Both the position numbers and the translations under genes were made by a program. A model generated the notes under the pieces. That model made no database searches. It was not told where the DNA came from and was given only the letters and a program-made list of their open reading frames with translations. Source: Bdellovibrionales bacterium (GTDB taxonomy: Bacteria > Bdellovibrionota > UBA1018 > CAIMNF01). Taken from it: a stretch of DNA of 41,972 nt. Location: contig JBEIJY010000020.1 of NCBI GenBank assembly GCA_040380025.1, positions 1 to 41,972 on the forward strand. Reading direction: 5' to 3'. Shown here in pieces: positions 7,814 to 17,922 of the stretch; positions within the stretch are counted from its first letter, which is position 1; every line of letters starts with the position of its first letter.

Positions 7814-8643
7814 TGAAGCACGCCCGGATGGGGTGCCGAAGCCTCAGGAGCCGAGAGCGAGAACGAGAGCATCGAGAGAGTCTCGTACTCGACTCCGCGA
7901 TGGATCACCTCGACCTCGTCGCCCGGAAGGGCCGCCCCGATCGTGAAGAGCATCGGCAAGAAGTGCTCGTCCGAAGGATGCGCACGCAGGTAGAGCGGAT
8001 GGTCTTCGATGTTGACGATCGCCTCGACGTTTTTGGCCTTCAGGGCTTGGATGAGCCACGATTCGAACTCGACCGCCCACGGGGCGCCGGGGGAGTTCTT
8101 TTGCGACCAATTCAGCTCGCGAAGGTTGTGAACGGCTCCGCCGCTTGCGATCAGGAGCACGTTTTCTTTTCTCAGGGCCGAGAGCGTGTGGCCCAGCTTC
8201 AGGATCTGCGCAGGCATGAGTCCCAAGGGAAGACTCACCCGGACCACCGGCACATCGCCCTCGGGGTAGAGGTGCAGGAGCGGCATCCAGATTCCGTGGT
8301 CGAGCGGGGCATCGGGCTCGGATTTTACGGTGAATCCGGCCTGAATCAGCGATTCCGAAACCCGGTCGGCAATTTCGGGAGATCCCGGGCAGGTGTATTC
8401 GATTTCGTACAGCTCGCGGGGGAAACCCGAAAAATCATGTTGGATGCGGTTCTGCTCGCATCGGAGCACATGGACCGCTTCGCCCGAGATCGAATGCGCC
8501 GATACGATCACGATGGCGCGGGGTTTCGGAATCGAAAGGGCGAACCGCTCGAGCGCTTTTTGATAGGCGTCTTCTCCGAAGGCGAGCATGGGAGTGCCGT
8601 GGCTGAAAAAAACAGAGGGGAGGGATGCGGAATCGGGTTTCAA
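7810..8643 (-). CDS. DODA-type extradiol dioxygenase (LigB/YgiD family)
   Basis: SHGTP, SAH, HDFSGFP, LDHG, SGGAVHNL and AHPSDEHFLP motifs. Confidence 0.9.
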   Translation of the reverse strand: MKPDSASLPSVFFSHGTPMLAFGEDAYQKALERFALSIPKPRAIVIVSAHSISGEAVHVLRCEQNRIQHDFSGFPRELYEIEYTCPGSPEIADRVSESLIQAGFTVKSEPDAPLDHGIWMPLLHLYPEGDVPVVRVSLPLGLMPAQILKLGHTLSALRKENVLLIASGGAVHNLRELNWSQKNSPGAPWAVEFESWLIQALKAKNVEAIVNIEDHPLYLRAHPSDEHFLPMLFTIGAALPGDEVEVIHRGVEYETLSMLSFSLSAPEASAPHPGVLH

Positions 8644-8692
8644 AACAAGCCCTTTCTGGTTCTGCGGTTTGTGACCACAGGATCAAGTGCGC

Positions 8693-10378
8693 TCAGCGCG
8701 CATCGGTCGACAGGTACAAATGGATCCGCCCGTGCTTCGATGTCTCATGCCAGGAACGGTCCAGCCCCACGCCCTTCAGGACGGGGATTTCCATTTCTAC
8801 CACATTTCGGGCTTCCAGGGTGCTCGCGGTTTTCAGGATCATTTTTGCGATCTTCTTCTTGAAGAGGGGGGCCATCTGGCTCGGCAGATCGTATTCGGGA
8901 ATTCCGCGGAGGATCTCCTCGACCGTGCTGTTCACCTTCGTGACCTGAATGACGAGGGTCGGGTGTTCGTTGCGGTTTTCGAACGAGACCTTCGTGCCGA
9001 TCCGGAGGGGGAACCGGAGGACGCGCTTTCGTCCGATGATGGCGCGCTGGAGGCAGGTCACCGGCCGGAACAAGACATCGAGATACAGCTCGGGTCCGTT
9101 CTTCGGGTCACGGAGCACGACAAACGCGCCCTTCGGGCCCAAGGACAACTTTTGCTCGGCCAGCAAGGATTCCCAGAGTTTCGCATCGATCGAGGTCCTG
9201 AGAAACTGGTTCAGGTGCTCCTCTGAAACGCTCAGGGCAAGATCAGCCTTCCCCGAGGCGATCGTCGAGCGAAGCTCCTCGCGGGCCCAGCCCTGATCGG
9301 CATCGGGGATGATCCGTGCAGGCTTCACCGGGGGCGCCTGATCGACACAGGCCTCGCCGAGCTCGCGGTAGCGCGCATCGGTGCAGGAGCCTCCGGCAAC
9401 GAGGAGCGCAAGCTGGGAGGCATCGGGCTGGTCGAACGAGGCCAGCGCATAGCGCACAAACAGGGCCTCCGAGCTAAGCGAGATCGCACTCGGTGTCGTG
9501 CTCTGGAGCACGCGATTCAGGATCTGCGGTCCGATCGAGTCTTTCAGCGATTTTCCGACTTCCTTCAAAATCGTGCTCACGATGAGCTCGAGGTTCTTTT
9601 CGATCACGGGGCGGAAGAGATCGAACGAAAGGGTGCGCGTCAGGCGGTTCAGACGGATCACGACCGGATCGACCGAGACATTCGCAGTCGAGATCGGTCT
9701 TCCGGTTGCGGCATCGAGAGTCCGGATGGCACCGATGTGGGTGTTCACATAGCGGGGAATCGGGTCGAGATTGTAACCCTTCAGCTCGAAGGTGATCTTG
9801 TCCGAGCGCCGGGCTGCAAGATCGACCTCGAACTCGGCCGGAGGAAGTGTTTCGGGGATCTCGATCCGGATCGGGTCCAGGGAAGCCGTCAGAAGCGGCT
9901 CTTTTTGCTTGGTGCGCGGGTTCGAGACCATGAAGTCGATCTTGATCCCGTCGACGAGCCCCACGTCGACTCCCTGCAGGCTCGCGGCGGTCGAAATCTG
10001 AAGAAGCGGATCGGCCGAGGTGATGGTCTTCGGCTTCACCCGGAGCGAGTGGATGCTGTAATACACTCGCGGAATCCGGAGTCTGAGGTAGGATTCCTCG
10101 GCGTTGATCGAAAACACGCGCGAGATCGTTTCTTTCAGGCGCTCATAGGCGGGGTCGCGCACCAGGTCCTCGAGCGGAATCGGAGTATCGTCCTCGAGCG
10201 GCAGGGTGTTCGTCAGGCCGTCGGCAAGATTCGAATTTGCGAGTACGAGGCGTAGTTTTTCGATGAGCCACGAGACTGTTTTGGCGTCAAAACGGGTTTG
10301 CAGGATCAGATCGTCTTTTGCGGCAAAGGTCTGCGTGCTGAAAAAAAGAAAAATCAAACCAAACACGAACGGTTTCAT
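8693..10378 (-). CDS. Secreted hypothetical protein
   Basis: 561 aa with signal peptide MKPFVFGLIFLFFSTQTFA; overlaps the upstream gene by 4 nt. Confidence 0.8.
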   Translation of the reverse strand: MKPFVFGLIFLFFSTQTFAAKDDLILQTRFDAKTVSWLIEKLRLVLANSNLADGLTNTLPLEDDTPIPLEDLVRDPAYERLKETISRVFSINAEESYLRLRIPRVYYSIHSLRVKPKTITSADPLLQISTAASLQGVDVGLVDGIKIDFMVSNPRTKQKEPLLTASLDPIRIEIPETLPPAEFEVDLAARRSDKITFELKGYNLDPIPRYVNTHIGAIRTLDAATGRPISTANVSVDPVVIRLNRLTRTLSFDLFRPVIEKNLELIVSTILKEVGKSLKDSIGPQILNRVLQSTTPSAISLSSEALFVRYALASFDQPDASQLALLVAGGSCTDARYRELGEACVDQAPPVKPARIIPDADQGWAREELRSTIASGKADLALSVSEEHLNQFLRTSIDAKLWESLLAEQKLSLGPKGAFVVLRDPKNGPELYLDVLFRPVTCLQRAIIGRKRVLRFPLRIGTKVSFENRNEHPTLVIQVTKVNSTVEEILRGIPEYDLPSQMAPLFKKKIAKMILKTASTLEARNVVEMEIPVLKGVGLDRSWHETSKHGRIHLYLSTDAR

Positions 10379-12123
10379 TGGTACTCCTCACCGACATCGC
10401 GAAGCGTTCCCGAGATCAATAGCCCGTGATTCTGCGAAACCCGGACATTCCGCACCCGCAAGGTCAGATCCCGAAGCGAAATGTCCTGGTTCGTCGGAAT
10501 CGTGATCCTTTTCGGAAGGAGCGTCTCGAATTCCTTCCGCACGGACTTCATGAAGCTCTTCTTCACGACCGCGGTCATCGACGGGACGTTGCTCGGGCAC
10601 CAGCCCGGAGGGCAGTTCTCGGGCGGAAGGTACTCCCCCGATGCGGTGAAGGGAAGCACGGGTCGGAGCGTGAGAATCGACCCGCCATTGGCATCGCGCG
10701 TGATCGCCTCGATGAAGAACTTCACCTCGACGGGAATCTTCACCGATTTGCCCGATCCGAAAATCCGCTCGATCAGGTCGCCAAGCTCGCGTGAGATCCG
10801 CTCCCCGAACGAGGAGTTCGAGCGCACTGTTTTGATGATGTCGATGTCGAGGTTCAGAATCGCAGAAATCGCATTCTGTGCGGGATTGAGCCTGACTTTG
10901 ACTCCCGTGGGGGAGAGGCTCACGCCGGGCGAGGTGCCCGATTCATTGTACCAGCGGCGGATCCGCGTCTGCACCGCTTCGGAATGAACGAGATCCTGTA
11001 CCACGGACTCATAGAACACGACCCCCGCATGATCCTCGGAATCCATCGAGAGCAGGTCTTCGACGCCCACGGGACTGGTGGGACTCGCCGAGGTGAGGCA
11101 GGAGCCGTCAAAGCAAAAGCGCGCCGCGATCCGCGCCGAAAACAAGCGCGATTGCTCGAAGAACTGAAGCGAGTTGATCATGAGGTCGGTCTGGATGCCG
11201 GTCAGGTAGGATTTGATCTTCGGGTCGAGCGTGGAAGTGCGGAGCAGATCGTCCGAAACAAGCGTGAGCCGGAAGGGCGGCTGGGCCTCGATGGTTCCGG
11301 CAAGCTGGATCATGTTCTCGTGAATCGCTTTCACCAAGCGCTCGCGGAGTGTTTTCATGATCATGGGCTCCATCTCCTGGAACTCGCGCCGGATGACCTC
11401 TTCGCGCGCGATGAGCGATCCGCCGTTCGAGCGGATCTCGAGTTCGAGCGGTTCGCGGTCGACGGTGAGGCGGCCGAGCTTCAAGAAGAACTCCGGTGCG
11501 ATCCGGTCCTTCAGGTTGGTGCGGTAGCCGGTGATCTTGATCCGTGTTCCCTCGTTCGTCAGGTCGAGGAGGATCTTCAGCTCGAGCCGGATCGGCTGCG
11601 AATCGGCTTTCAGGCCGATCACGATCGGGGAGGAGTTGATCAGGAACGCACGCGGAAAAATCCCCTCGGGCACGCGGATCGAGAGGTTCTCGGTGCGCGC
11701 GCTCAGCTCGGTGATCTTCCAGCCCGCGATCACCTCGAAGCGGTTCTCGGCTTTTTTGACCACCTTGATTTTGAGCGCGGAAGCCGGCAGAAGGAGCCGC
11801 GCCTGCACGGGATGGATGGCGATGTCAAGCCGGTCGCGAATTCCGAGAATGTCGAGAATCTCTTTCAATCCCGGTTTCGGATCGGGGAGATCGATGGTTT
11901 GCTGATAGGCCGAGGTCTCGATCGAGAGGGCGCTTCCCTCGGTGTCGCCGTTCAGGGCGCGTGCGATCATTCCGCGCACCACGTTCTCGATGCTGTCATT
12001 CCGGATCAGGGTGTTTCCGATCGGGCGGACCCCTGGGAGCGATTCGAAATCGACTTCCTGGGAAAGGGCGAAAGGACAAAAAACCAGATTCAAAAGCAGA
12101 AGCGCGGTCGATGGTGTCCTCAT
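10375..12123 (-). CDS. Secreted hypothetical protein
   Basis: 582 aa with signal peptide; translationally coupled to 8693..10378. Confidence 0.8.
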   Translation of the reverse strand: MRTPSTALLLLNLVFCPFALSQEVDFESLPGVRPIGNTLIRNDSIENVVRGMIARALNGDTEGSALSIETSAYQQTIDLPDPKPGLKEILDILGIRDRLDIAIHPVQARLLLPASALKIKVVKKAENRFEVIAGWKITELSARTENLSIRVPEGIFPRAFLINSSPIVIGLKADSQPIRLELKILLDLTNEGTRIKITGYRTNLKDRIAPEFFLKLGRLTVDREPLELEIRSNGGSLIAREEVIRREFQEMEPMIMKTLRERLVKAIHENMIQLAGTIEAQPPFRLTLVSDDLLRTSTLDPKIKSYLTGIQTDLMINSLQFFEQSRLFSARIAARFCFDGSCLTSASPTSPVGVEDLLSMDSEDHAGVVFYESVVQDLVHSEAVQTRIRRWYNESGTSPGVSLSPTGVKVRLNPAQNAISAILNLDIDIIKTVRSNSSFGERISRELGDLIERIFGSGKSVKIPVEVKFFIEAITRDANGGSILTLRPVLPFTASGEYLPPENCPPGWCPSNVPSMTAVVKKSFMKSVRKEFETLLPKRITIPTNQDISLRDLTLRVRNVRVSQNHGLLISGTLRDVGEEYQ

Positions 12124-12288
12124 GCGGATCCTCGTAAAATCACAGGTAGCAAGGAATGAAAGTTTTGTAAATTAACAAAGTTTATCGGTTTTTCAGGGGG
12201 TGTTCACAAATTCGACACCTGAACCGGGTTTGACGACGGACAAGACTCGGGTAAAAGGAAAGCATCTGTTTTCATGCGGAAATCCCAG

Positions 12289-12304
12289 TGGCACGGCTCG
12301 TGCT
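12289..12304 (+). promoter_or_regulatory. Sigma-54 (-24/-12) promoter
   Basis: TGGCACGGCTCGTGCT fits TGGCAC-N5-(T/G)TGC with GG-N10-GC spacing; AAGGAGG and ATG 12343 follow. Confidence 0.7.
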
Positions 12305-12342
12305 TTTCAGAGGGGTAAGCCTGAAAAAGAAAGGAGGATGGC

Positions 12343-13575
12343 ATGTCGATCGCAACCCTGAATGCGCGCCCGTCGTGGAAACTGTTGTTGCCGAAGCTTG
12401 GTCTCGGTCTGGCTGTGCTGTCCCTGGTTTGGGCGTTGGTCTCCGTCCCGCCCGTCCTGAGCAATCCCCCGATCGATTCGGCGACCAACAAGTGGTCGGG
12501 ATATTTTCTTCCGATTCCCTCTCTCTCCTCGCTCCCATCGAGGCCATCGAATCCGTCCTCCAACCCATCCTCAAACCTGTCGGTGGTCCCATCTTTCGTA
12601 CCCGGCTCACCCGATGCCGGCAATCCCGTGCTTTCGCCGCCTGAGGTTTTGGCCGCGGATCCCTCGGCGACTCCGGGCGAGATTCCCGCCGAGGCCGCGC
12701 CCGAGACCGAGATGGCCCCCGGTTCTGAAGATCCGTCGCAGATCGCCGAAGCGTACAATCCCCTTGTTCCTATGATTTCTGCACCATCCTCTGCTTCTGC
12801 AGGCGATGCCTCTTCGAGCTCAGGAAGCACTCCGAGCCCGTCCGCCACGCCCGATTCCAACGTTCCCGTGATTCCTCCGGTGAATCTCGCCCTTTTGGCG
12901 GGGCAAACGCTCGGTGGTTCTCCCGGCGCGCAGGCCGCGCCCGCGAATCCCGCATCGCAGTTCACGGCACAGGATCTTTCGCTCCTTGAGACCGGCATCA
13001 AGGCCGTGATGGCAACGCAGAACATTCAGGTCGCAGGAACCGTGTACGGAAGTGGCACCGGCCCGAACGCCCAGTCCACGGGGTATTCCACATCGACCAC
13101 GGTTTCGACCTCGCGGTGGACCTGGACCGAAGGACTCGAATCCGAGGCGGGAATCACGATCCAAGCCCCGAGCGCAACGAGCATCAGCCTGCAGCTCCGG
13201 CTCCGGATCATCGGCGCAAACGCCGCAAGTCAGGAGTTCACTGCGAACGCAAGCGCGGTTTCTCCGCAAGTTCGCTCGGAAGTCCGGAACGCCCGTCAGT
13301 ATCGTGTGTTCACGCTGAACTTCGGGAATGTCACGCTCCCGGGCCGCGACGCCGAGGGCGAGAGTGCGATTCTTCGCTCGCTCCGTGTGGTTCTTTCGTT
13401 CGATGTCACCGATCCGGCCCAGCCCGGCGTCGGGAACGATGCGCAGGTCACGTTCGGCCGGACGCGCGCCCAGATGGCATCGATCGCCTGGGCCGGAGCC
13501 CCTCTTGCTCCGACCGATCCCGGCATCCTCGCCGATCAGGCGAATTACTCGATGATCATCGAAAAACTTCCGTAA
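12343..13575 (+). CDS. Membrane-anchored or exported Pro/Ser-rich hypothetical protein
   Basis: 410 aa: N-terminal hydrophobic helix, long P/S/A low-complexity linker, beta-rich C-terminal region; strong SD. Confidence 0.8.
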   Translation: MSIATLNARPSWKLLLPKLGLGLAVLSLVWALVSVPPVLSNPPIDSATNKWSGYFLPIPSLSSLPSRPSNPSSNPSSNLSVVPSFVPGSPDAGNPVLSPPEVLAADPSATPGEIPAEAAPETEMAPGSEDPSQIAEAYNPLVPMISAPSSASAGDASSSSGSTPSPSATPDSNVPVIPPVNLALLAGQTLGGSPGAQAAPANPASQFTAQDLSLLETGIKAVMATQNIQVAGTVYGSGTGPNAQSTGYSTSTTVSTSRWTWTEGLESEAGITIQAPSATSISLQLRLRIIGANAASQEFTANASAVSPQVRSEVRNARQYRVFTLNFGNVTLPGRDAEGESAILRSLRVVLSFDVTDPAQPGVGNDAQVTFGRTRAQMASIAWAGAPLAPTDPGILADQANYSMIIEKLP

Positions 13576-14219
13576 CCGACGGGAGGCTTCTTCAGAAACG
13601 GTCCCGGGCTTCGGGTGTCGAGGCCGGAACGGCGGAGTTCCTGAAGCCTCCTCTGGAATTCCTCACGCGGAATCTCCCGCGCCCCGAAGGCCTCCATGTG
13701 GGGCGAGATCACCTGGATGTCCATCCATTCCCGTCCCGCCTGCTTTTGCAGGGCGATCGCATACAAGAGCGCCGCCTTCGATGCGTTCGCCGTGCGGTGG
13801 AACATGCTCTCGCCCGCGAAATAGCCCGCAAGATCGACGCCGTAAACTCCCCCGATCAGGGAGGAGCCGTTCCAGACCTCGATGCTGTGGGCATGGCCGA
13901 GTTCATGAAGTCTTGTGTACGCGGTTTTCATCTCGGGGATGATCCACGTCCCCGAGGCTCCCCGGTGCGAGCAGGCTTCGATCACTTCGGGAAAAGCATG
14001 ATCGACCGTGAAGGTCCAGGGACAAGACTTCAAGAACGAGCGGAGTCGCCGCGGAAGATGAAGATCCGCAAAGTCGAGCACGGCGCGTTTTTTCGGAAAA
14101 TGCCACAGGAGCGGCACGCCCTCCATCGGCCAGGGAAAGATTCCCTGCGAATACGCCTGAATCAAAGTCCCGGGCTCGAGATCAAGCCCCACGGCGACAA
14201 TGTCGTCCAGGTCTGACAT
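13545..14219 (-). CDS. aat: Leucyl/phenylalanyl-tRNA--protein transferase
   Basis: AYSQGIFPW, GHAHSIEVW, GESMFH, NASK motifs. Confidence 0.95.
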   Translation of the reverse strand: MSDLDDIVAVGLDLEPGTLIQAYSQGIFPWPMEGVPLLWHFPKKRAVLDFADLHLPRRLRSFLKSCPWTFTVDHAFPEVIEACSHRGASGTWIIPEMKTAYTRLHELGHAHSIEVWNGSSLIGGVYGVDLAGYFAGESMFHRTANASKAALLYAIALQKQAGREWMDIQVISPHMEAFGAREIPREEFQRRLQELRRSGLDTRSPGPFLKKPPVGYGSFSMIIE

Positions 14220-15499
14220 CAGTTCGATTCGACGACCATCACGTTTCCGAGGCCGCCTGCCGCGCAGACCGAGATGAGTCCGTATTGCTTTCCGCTCTGC
14301 CGAAGCTGGTGCAGGCTCTGAAGGATGAGCCGGCCGCCGGTGGCGCCGAAGGGGTGTCCGATCGCCACACTCCCGCCGTTCGGGTTGAGCTTCGCGGGAT
14401 CAACACGGCCGATGGCCGAGCCGCGTCCGAGTTTTTCTTTTGCGAACTCGGCCGACTCGATCGCGCGCAAGGTGGCGAGCACCTGCCCTGCGAAGGCCTC
14501 GTGGATCTCGTACAGATCGAGCTGATCCCAGGTGATTCCCCCCATTTTAAGTGCTTTCGGAATCGCATACACCGGACCGATCAGAAGCGGCTCGGTCTGG
14601 ATGTCGATCGCCGCGGCGGCAACGCTCTTGATGAATCCGAGCGGCTTCATGCCGAGCTCGAGCGCCCGGGATTCCTTCATGAGGAGCACGGACGAGGCAC
14701 CGTCGGTGAGCGGGCTTGCGTTTCCGGCCGTGATCGTTCCGTCCGGATAAAACACGGGACGCAGACTTCCGAGTTTTTCGAGGGTCGAATCCGCGCGCAC
14801 ATCGGTGTCGCGCTCGATGACTTTTCCGTCCGGAGTGGCGACCTTGCACACGTGCGAATCAAAGAATTTCCGCTCCCATGCGGCATGCGCTTTTTGATGG
14901 CTCTCGAGCGCGAAGCGATCTTGCTCGTCCCGCGGCACCCGGAAGTGCCTTGCCATCAGATCGGCCGATTGGCCCATGGTGAGTCCCGTCGTGGGCTCCT
15001 TGATTCCCGGGGCGTTCGGGGCGAGGAACGCGCCTTTGAATTTCCCGAGGAGTGCGAGCCTCTGCCCCATCGTTTTCGCCTTGGCGATGTCCTGAAAAAA
15101 ATTCGTGGCCTCGAGGCTGAAGAGCGCGCGCACGGAGCTGATCGATTCGACCCCGCCCGCGATGCCGATTTCGATCTGCCCTGCGAGGATCTTCGCTGCG
15201 ATTCCGCCTGCGGCTTCCATGCTCGAAGCACAGTAGCGGTTCATGCCGGTGGCGGGAATCGAGGTCGGAAGCCCCGAATCGAAGAGCGCTTCGCGGGCGA
15301 TGTTCGGCCCTTCGGCGGGTGCGCTCACGATTCCGAAATAAATCTCGTCGACGAGCTTCGGATCGATGCCGGTTCTGCTCACCGTCTCGCGAAGGGTGAT
15401 GCCGCCGAGCTGTGCGGGCGACATTTTTGCGTATGCGGATCGGGCTCGGGCAAAGGGAGTGCGGGCACCCCCGACGACTGCGATTCGTTCTTGGGTCAT
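14219..15499 (-). CDS. fadI: Acetyl-CoA C-acyltransferase (thiolase, FadI-type)
   Basis: NRYCASS, HEAFA, GHPFGATG, CAAGG motifs. Confidence 0.9.
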   Translation of the reverse strand: MTQERIAVVGGARTPFARARSAYAKMSPAQLGGITLRETVSRTGIDPKLVDEIYFGIVSAPAEGPNIAREALFDSGLPTSIPATGMNRYCASSMEAAGGIAAKILAGQIEIGIAGGVESISSVRALFSLEATNFFQDIAKAKTMGQRLALLGKFKGAFLAPNAPGIKEPTTGLTMGQSADLMARHFRVPRDEQDRFALESHQKAHAAWERKFFDSHVCKVATPDGKVIERDTDVRADSTLEKLGSLRPVFYPDGTITAGNASPLTDGASSVLLMKESRALELGMKPLGFIKSVAAAAIDIQTEPLLIGPVYAIPKALKMGGITWDQLDLYEIHEAFAGQVLATLRAIESAEFAKEKLGRGSAIGRVDPAKLNPNGGSVAIGHPFGATGGRLILQSLHQLRQSGKQYGLISVCAAGGLGNVMVVESN

Positions 15500-15518
15500 A
15501 GTGCCAACAGTGTAGAGC

Positions 15519-15830
15519 TTAAAGCCCTTGCTGTTCCACTAAAAAGCGGTCGAGGGTGCGGAAGAGCGATTCCATCGCGACCTTCGCTTCGGTGTTGATC
15601 CGCGTGCGCGAGAGGCGATTGGATTCGAGGGTTTGAATCGCCTTCTGGACCTCTTCGGAGATCGAGACGAAGCCGAAGTTCTGCGCTCCCTCGGCGAGGT
15701 GGGAGGCCTCTTGTTTCAGGGCGTCCCAGTCGCGGTCGATCAGTTGTTTGCGCATTTTCTTCAGGCGCGAACCGACCCGCTCGATATAACCGGCCTTGAC
15801 TCGATCCTGGATTTCACGCGTCGAAAACAT
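15519..15830 (-). CDS. Small helical Hpt-like protein
   Basis: 103 aa; ASHLAEGAQNFGF aligns with the Hpt (A)HxLKGxxxxxG region but is degenerate. Confidence 0.55.
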   Translation of the reverse strand: MFSTREIQDRVKAGYIERVGSRLKKMRKQLIDRDWDALKQEASHLAEGAQNFGFVSISEEVQKAIQTLESNRLSRTRINTEAKVAMESLFRTLDRFLVEQQGL

Positions 15831-15909
15831 CGGGCTGAACCCTACCTCAAGCAGGTCCCGGATTCAAGGATGGACGCTCGGAGGGGCCGGTATGGTGCGG
15901 TTTGCCCGT

Positions 15910-17157
15910 CTAGCGCAGGTAGGGGCTCCACTTCGGGCTGACGCAGTTCCCCATCCCGAAGGTCAGGCGGCGGACGTTCCCGCCATTTGCATCCATGACG
16001 AAAATGTTCTTGCCTCCCGAACGCGAGGAAGAAAACGCGAGGAAGTTCCCGTCCGGGCTGAAGGTGGGGTCTTCGTTGTTGCCCTCGTTCTTGGTCAGAC
16101 GTTCGATTTTCGCGCCGTCGGTGGTGATCGTGAACAGGTCGAATCTTCCGTCGATCCATCCGGCGAAGGCGATTTTCTTTCCGTCCGGATGCCATGCGGG
16201 GGTCGCGTTGTAGGCGCCTGCATAGGTGAGGCGTTTCGGTTCGGCAGGACGGGCGAGCTCCATGAGGTAAACCATGGGCTTGCCCGGACGGGACGAGACA
16301 AAGGCGAGGGACTGGCCGTCCGGGCTGAAGGCCGGATCGACATCAAAGCCGATCGAGCGGGTGAGCTGGGTCGCCGTGCGGCTTGCGGGATCGAGCAGGT
16401 GGATCTCCGGGTTCCCGGTGAAGCTCAGGGTGAGGGCGATTTTTTTTCCGTCCGGAGAAAAGGAGGCGCCGGAGTTGATGCCGGTTTTGTTGCTCAGGAG
16501 CCGGAGTTTTCCCGAAGAGAAATCGATTTCAAACAGATCGATGTTCTTCGTGTTGTCGGAGTGCCGGTTGTAGACCGAGAACGCAAGGCGTGTTCCGTCG
16601 GGACTCCAGGCGGGGGAGAGGGCGAGAGAGCGGATGTGCGTGACTTGCTTCATTTCGCTCCCGTCAAACGAGGCGGTGAAGATCTCTTTTTTTCCGGAGC
16701 GGTCGCAGATGAACGCGATCCGGGTGTTGAAGATCCCTTTTTTTCCGGTGATGGCTTGCACGATGTCGCTTGCGATCGAATGGCCGAGGAGTTTCAGATC
16801 CGGCGCATCGGCCATGTAGCGTTTTGCGAGCAGCTCCTTCGAGCCGCTTCCGTCCACGAGCCGGAGCTCGTACACAAAGCGCCCGGATTCGCTCGAAAAA
16901 CCTCCTGACGCCGAATAATCCGCCCCGGTTTTCTCGGTCTCCGGCAAAACCCGGAACTGCTCGGCGAAGCCAAGGTCCGCACGGATCGTCTGTTGCACGA
17001 TTCCGAGCGAGGCCGCCGCATTCGCAGAAGAGGCGGCAGGGGGGAGCAGGGCGATTGCAGGTTTTTTTGGTTTCGCCTCTCCCACCGGAAGAACCACCCC
17101 TTGGGCCAGTGCTGTTCCGCCGGTCAAAAATGCAAGGCAAAGAAGAAGGATTCGCAT
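15910..17157 (-). CDS. tolB: Tol-Pal beta-propeller protein TolB
   Basis: Signal peptide, FNTRIAF and repeated PD40 (P.WSPDG) motifs. Confidence 0.95.
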   Translation of the reverse strand: MRILLLCLAFLTGGTALAQGVVLPVGEAKPKKPAIALLPPAASSANAAASLGIVQQTIRADLGFAEQFRVLPETEKTGADYSASGGFSSESGRFVYELRLVDGSGSKELLAKRYMADAPDLKLLGHSIASDIVQAITGKKGIFNTRIAFICDRSGKKEIFTASFDGSEMKQVTHIRSLALSPAWSPDGTRLAFSVYNRHSDNTKNIDLFEIDFSSGKLRLLSNKTGINSGASFSPDGKKIALTLSFTGNPEIHLLDPASRTATQLTRSIGFDVDPAFSPDGQSLAFVSSRPGKPMVYLMELARPAEPKRLTYAGAYNATPAWHPDGKKIAFAGWIDGRFDLFTITTDGAKIERLTKNEGNNEDPTFSPDGNFLAFSSSRSGGKNIFVMDANGGNVRRLTFGMGNCVSPKWSPYLR

Positions 17158-17175
17158 ACCGGAACTATAAAATCA

Positions 17176-17922
17176 TCATAGCGGAAACCCAAGAACAATT
17201 CCCTCGCGGAAGAGGTCCGAGGAGATGCCCTCGGGCGGAACGGGGAACGGGGCGGCCGACTGGAGAGCACGACGGACCTCGGCATCGAAGGGCTCGCTCC
17301 CGGAGGGCTGGACGAACTCGAAGTTCCGGATCCGGCCCTGGGCATCGAGACGGATCATCACCCGGGCCGAGCGATTCTGCTCGAGGAGCCACTTCGGAAG
17401 CTCCCAGTACGTGCGCACCCGCTCCAGAACCACCTCGAAGTAGGTTGCCTCCAAAGAGCGCTTCGCCTCGCCCGTGAGTGAGGATCCTTTCGAGATGCGG
17501 TTTCCTTTCGCTTTCGAATTCCCCGCGAGCGCCTTGATTCGTTCGAGAGCCCGAATCCGGGCCAGGGCCTTCTTCAGTTTTTTTTGCGCGGATTTTTCTT
17601 TTTTCGAAGCTTCCTTTTTTTTCTTTTTGGTTGGTTCTTTTGCGGGCTTCTTGATTCCGGCCATTTCGTCGGGGGCGGGCTCCACTGCTGGCTCCACTGT
17701 CGGTTCGGACTTTGCTGCCTCTTCTGGTTCGGACGGCGGGGCCTCCTCGGCGGGCTTCTGATCGGGGAGTCCGACCAGATCCACCCGGAGCGAGGGAGGG
17801 ATGACGAGGGTTTTTTCGGGAATCAGAATGCTTTTGGCCCAAAGAAACAAAAAGGCCGCACCGTGGAGTGCGAACGAGATTGCGATCGCGGTTTTCAGCC
17901 GATCCCCGCTCCGCTCGCTCAT
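17176..17922 (-). CDS. tolA: TolA/TonB C-terminal domain protein
   Basis: TM helix with SxxLH, charged linker, C-terminal SG...FD....RA...AAPFP.PP; lies between tolR and tolB. Confidence 0.85.
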   Translation of the reverse strand: MSERSGDRLKTAIAISFALHGAAFLFLWAKSILIPEKTLVIPPSLRVDLVGLPDQKPAEEAPPSEPEEAAKSEPTVEPAVEPAPDEMAGIKKPAKEPTKKKKKEASKKEKSAQKKLKKALARIRALERIKALAGNSKAKGNRISKGSSLTGEAKRSLEATYFEVVLERVRTYWELPKWLLEQNRSARVMIRLDAQGRIRNFEFVQPSGSEPFDAEVRRALQSAAPFPVPPEGISSDLFREGIVLGFPL

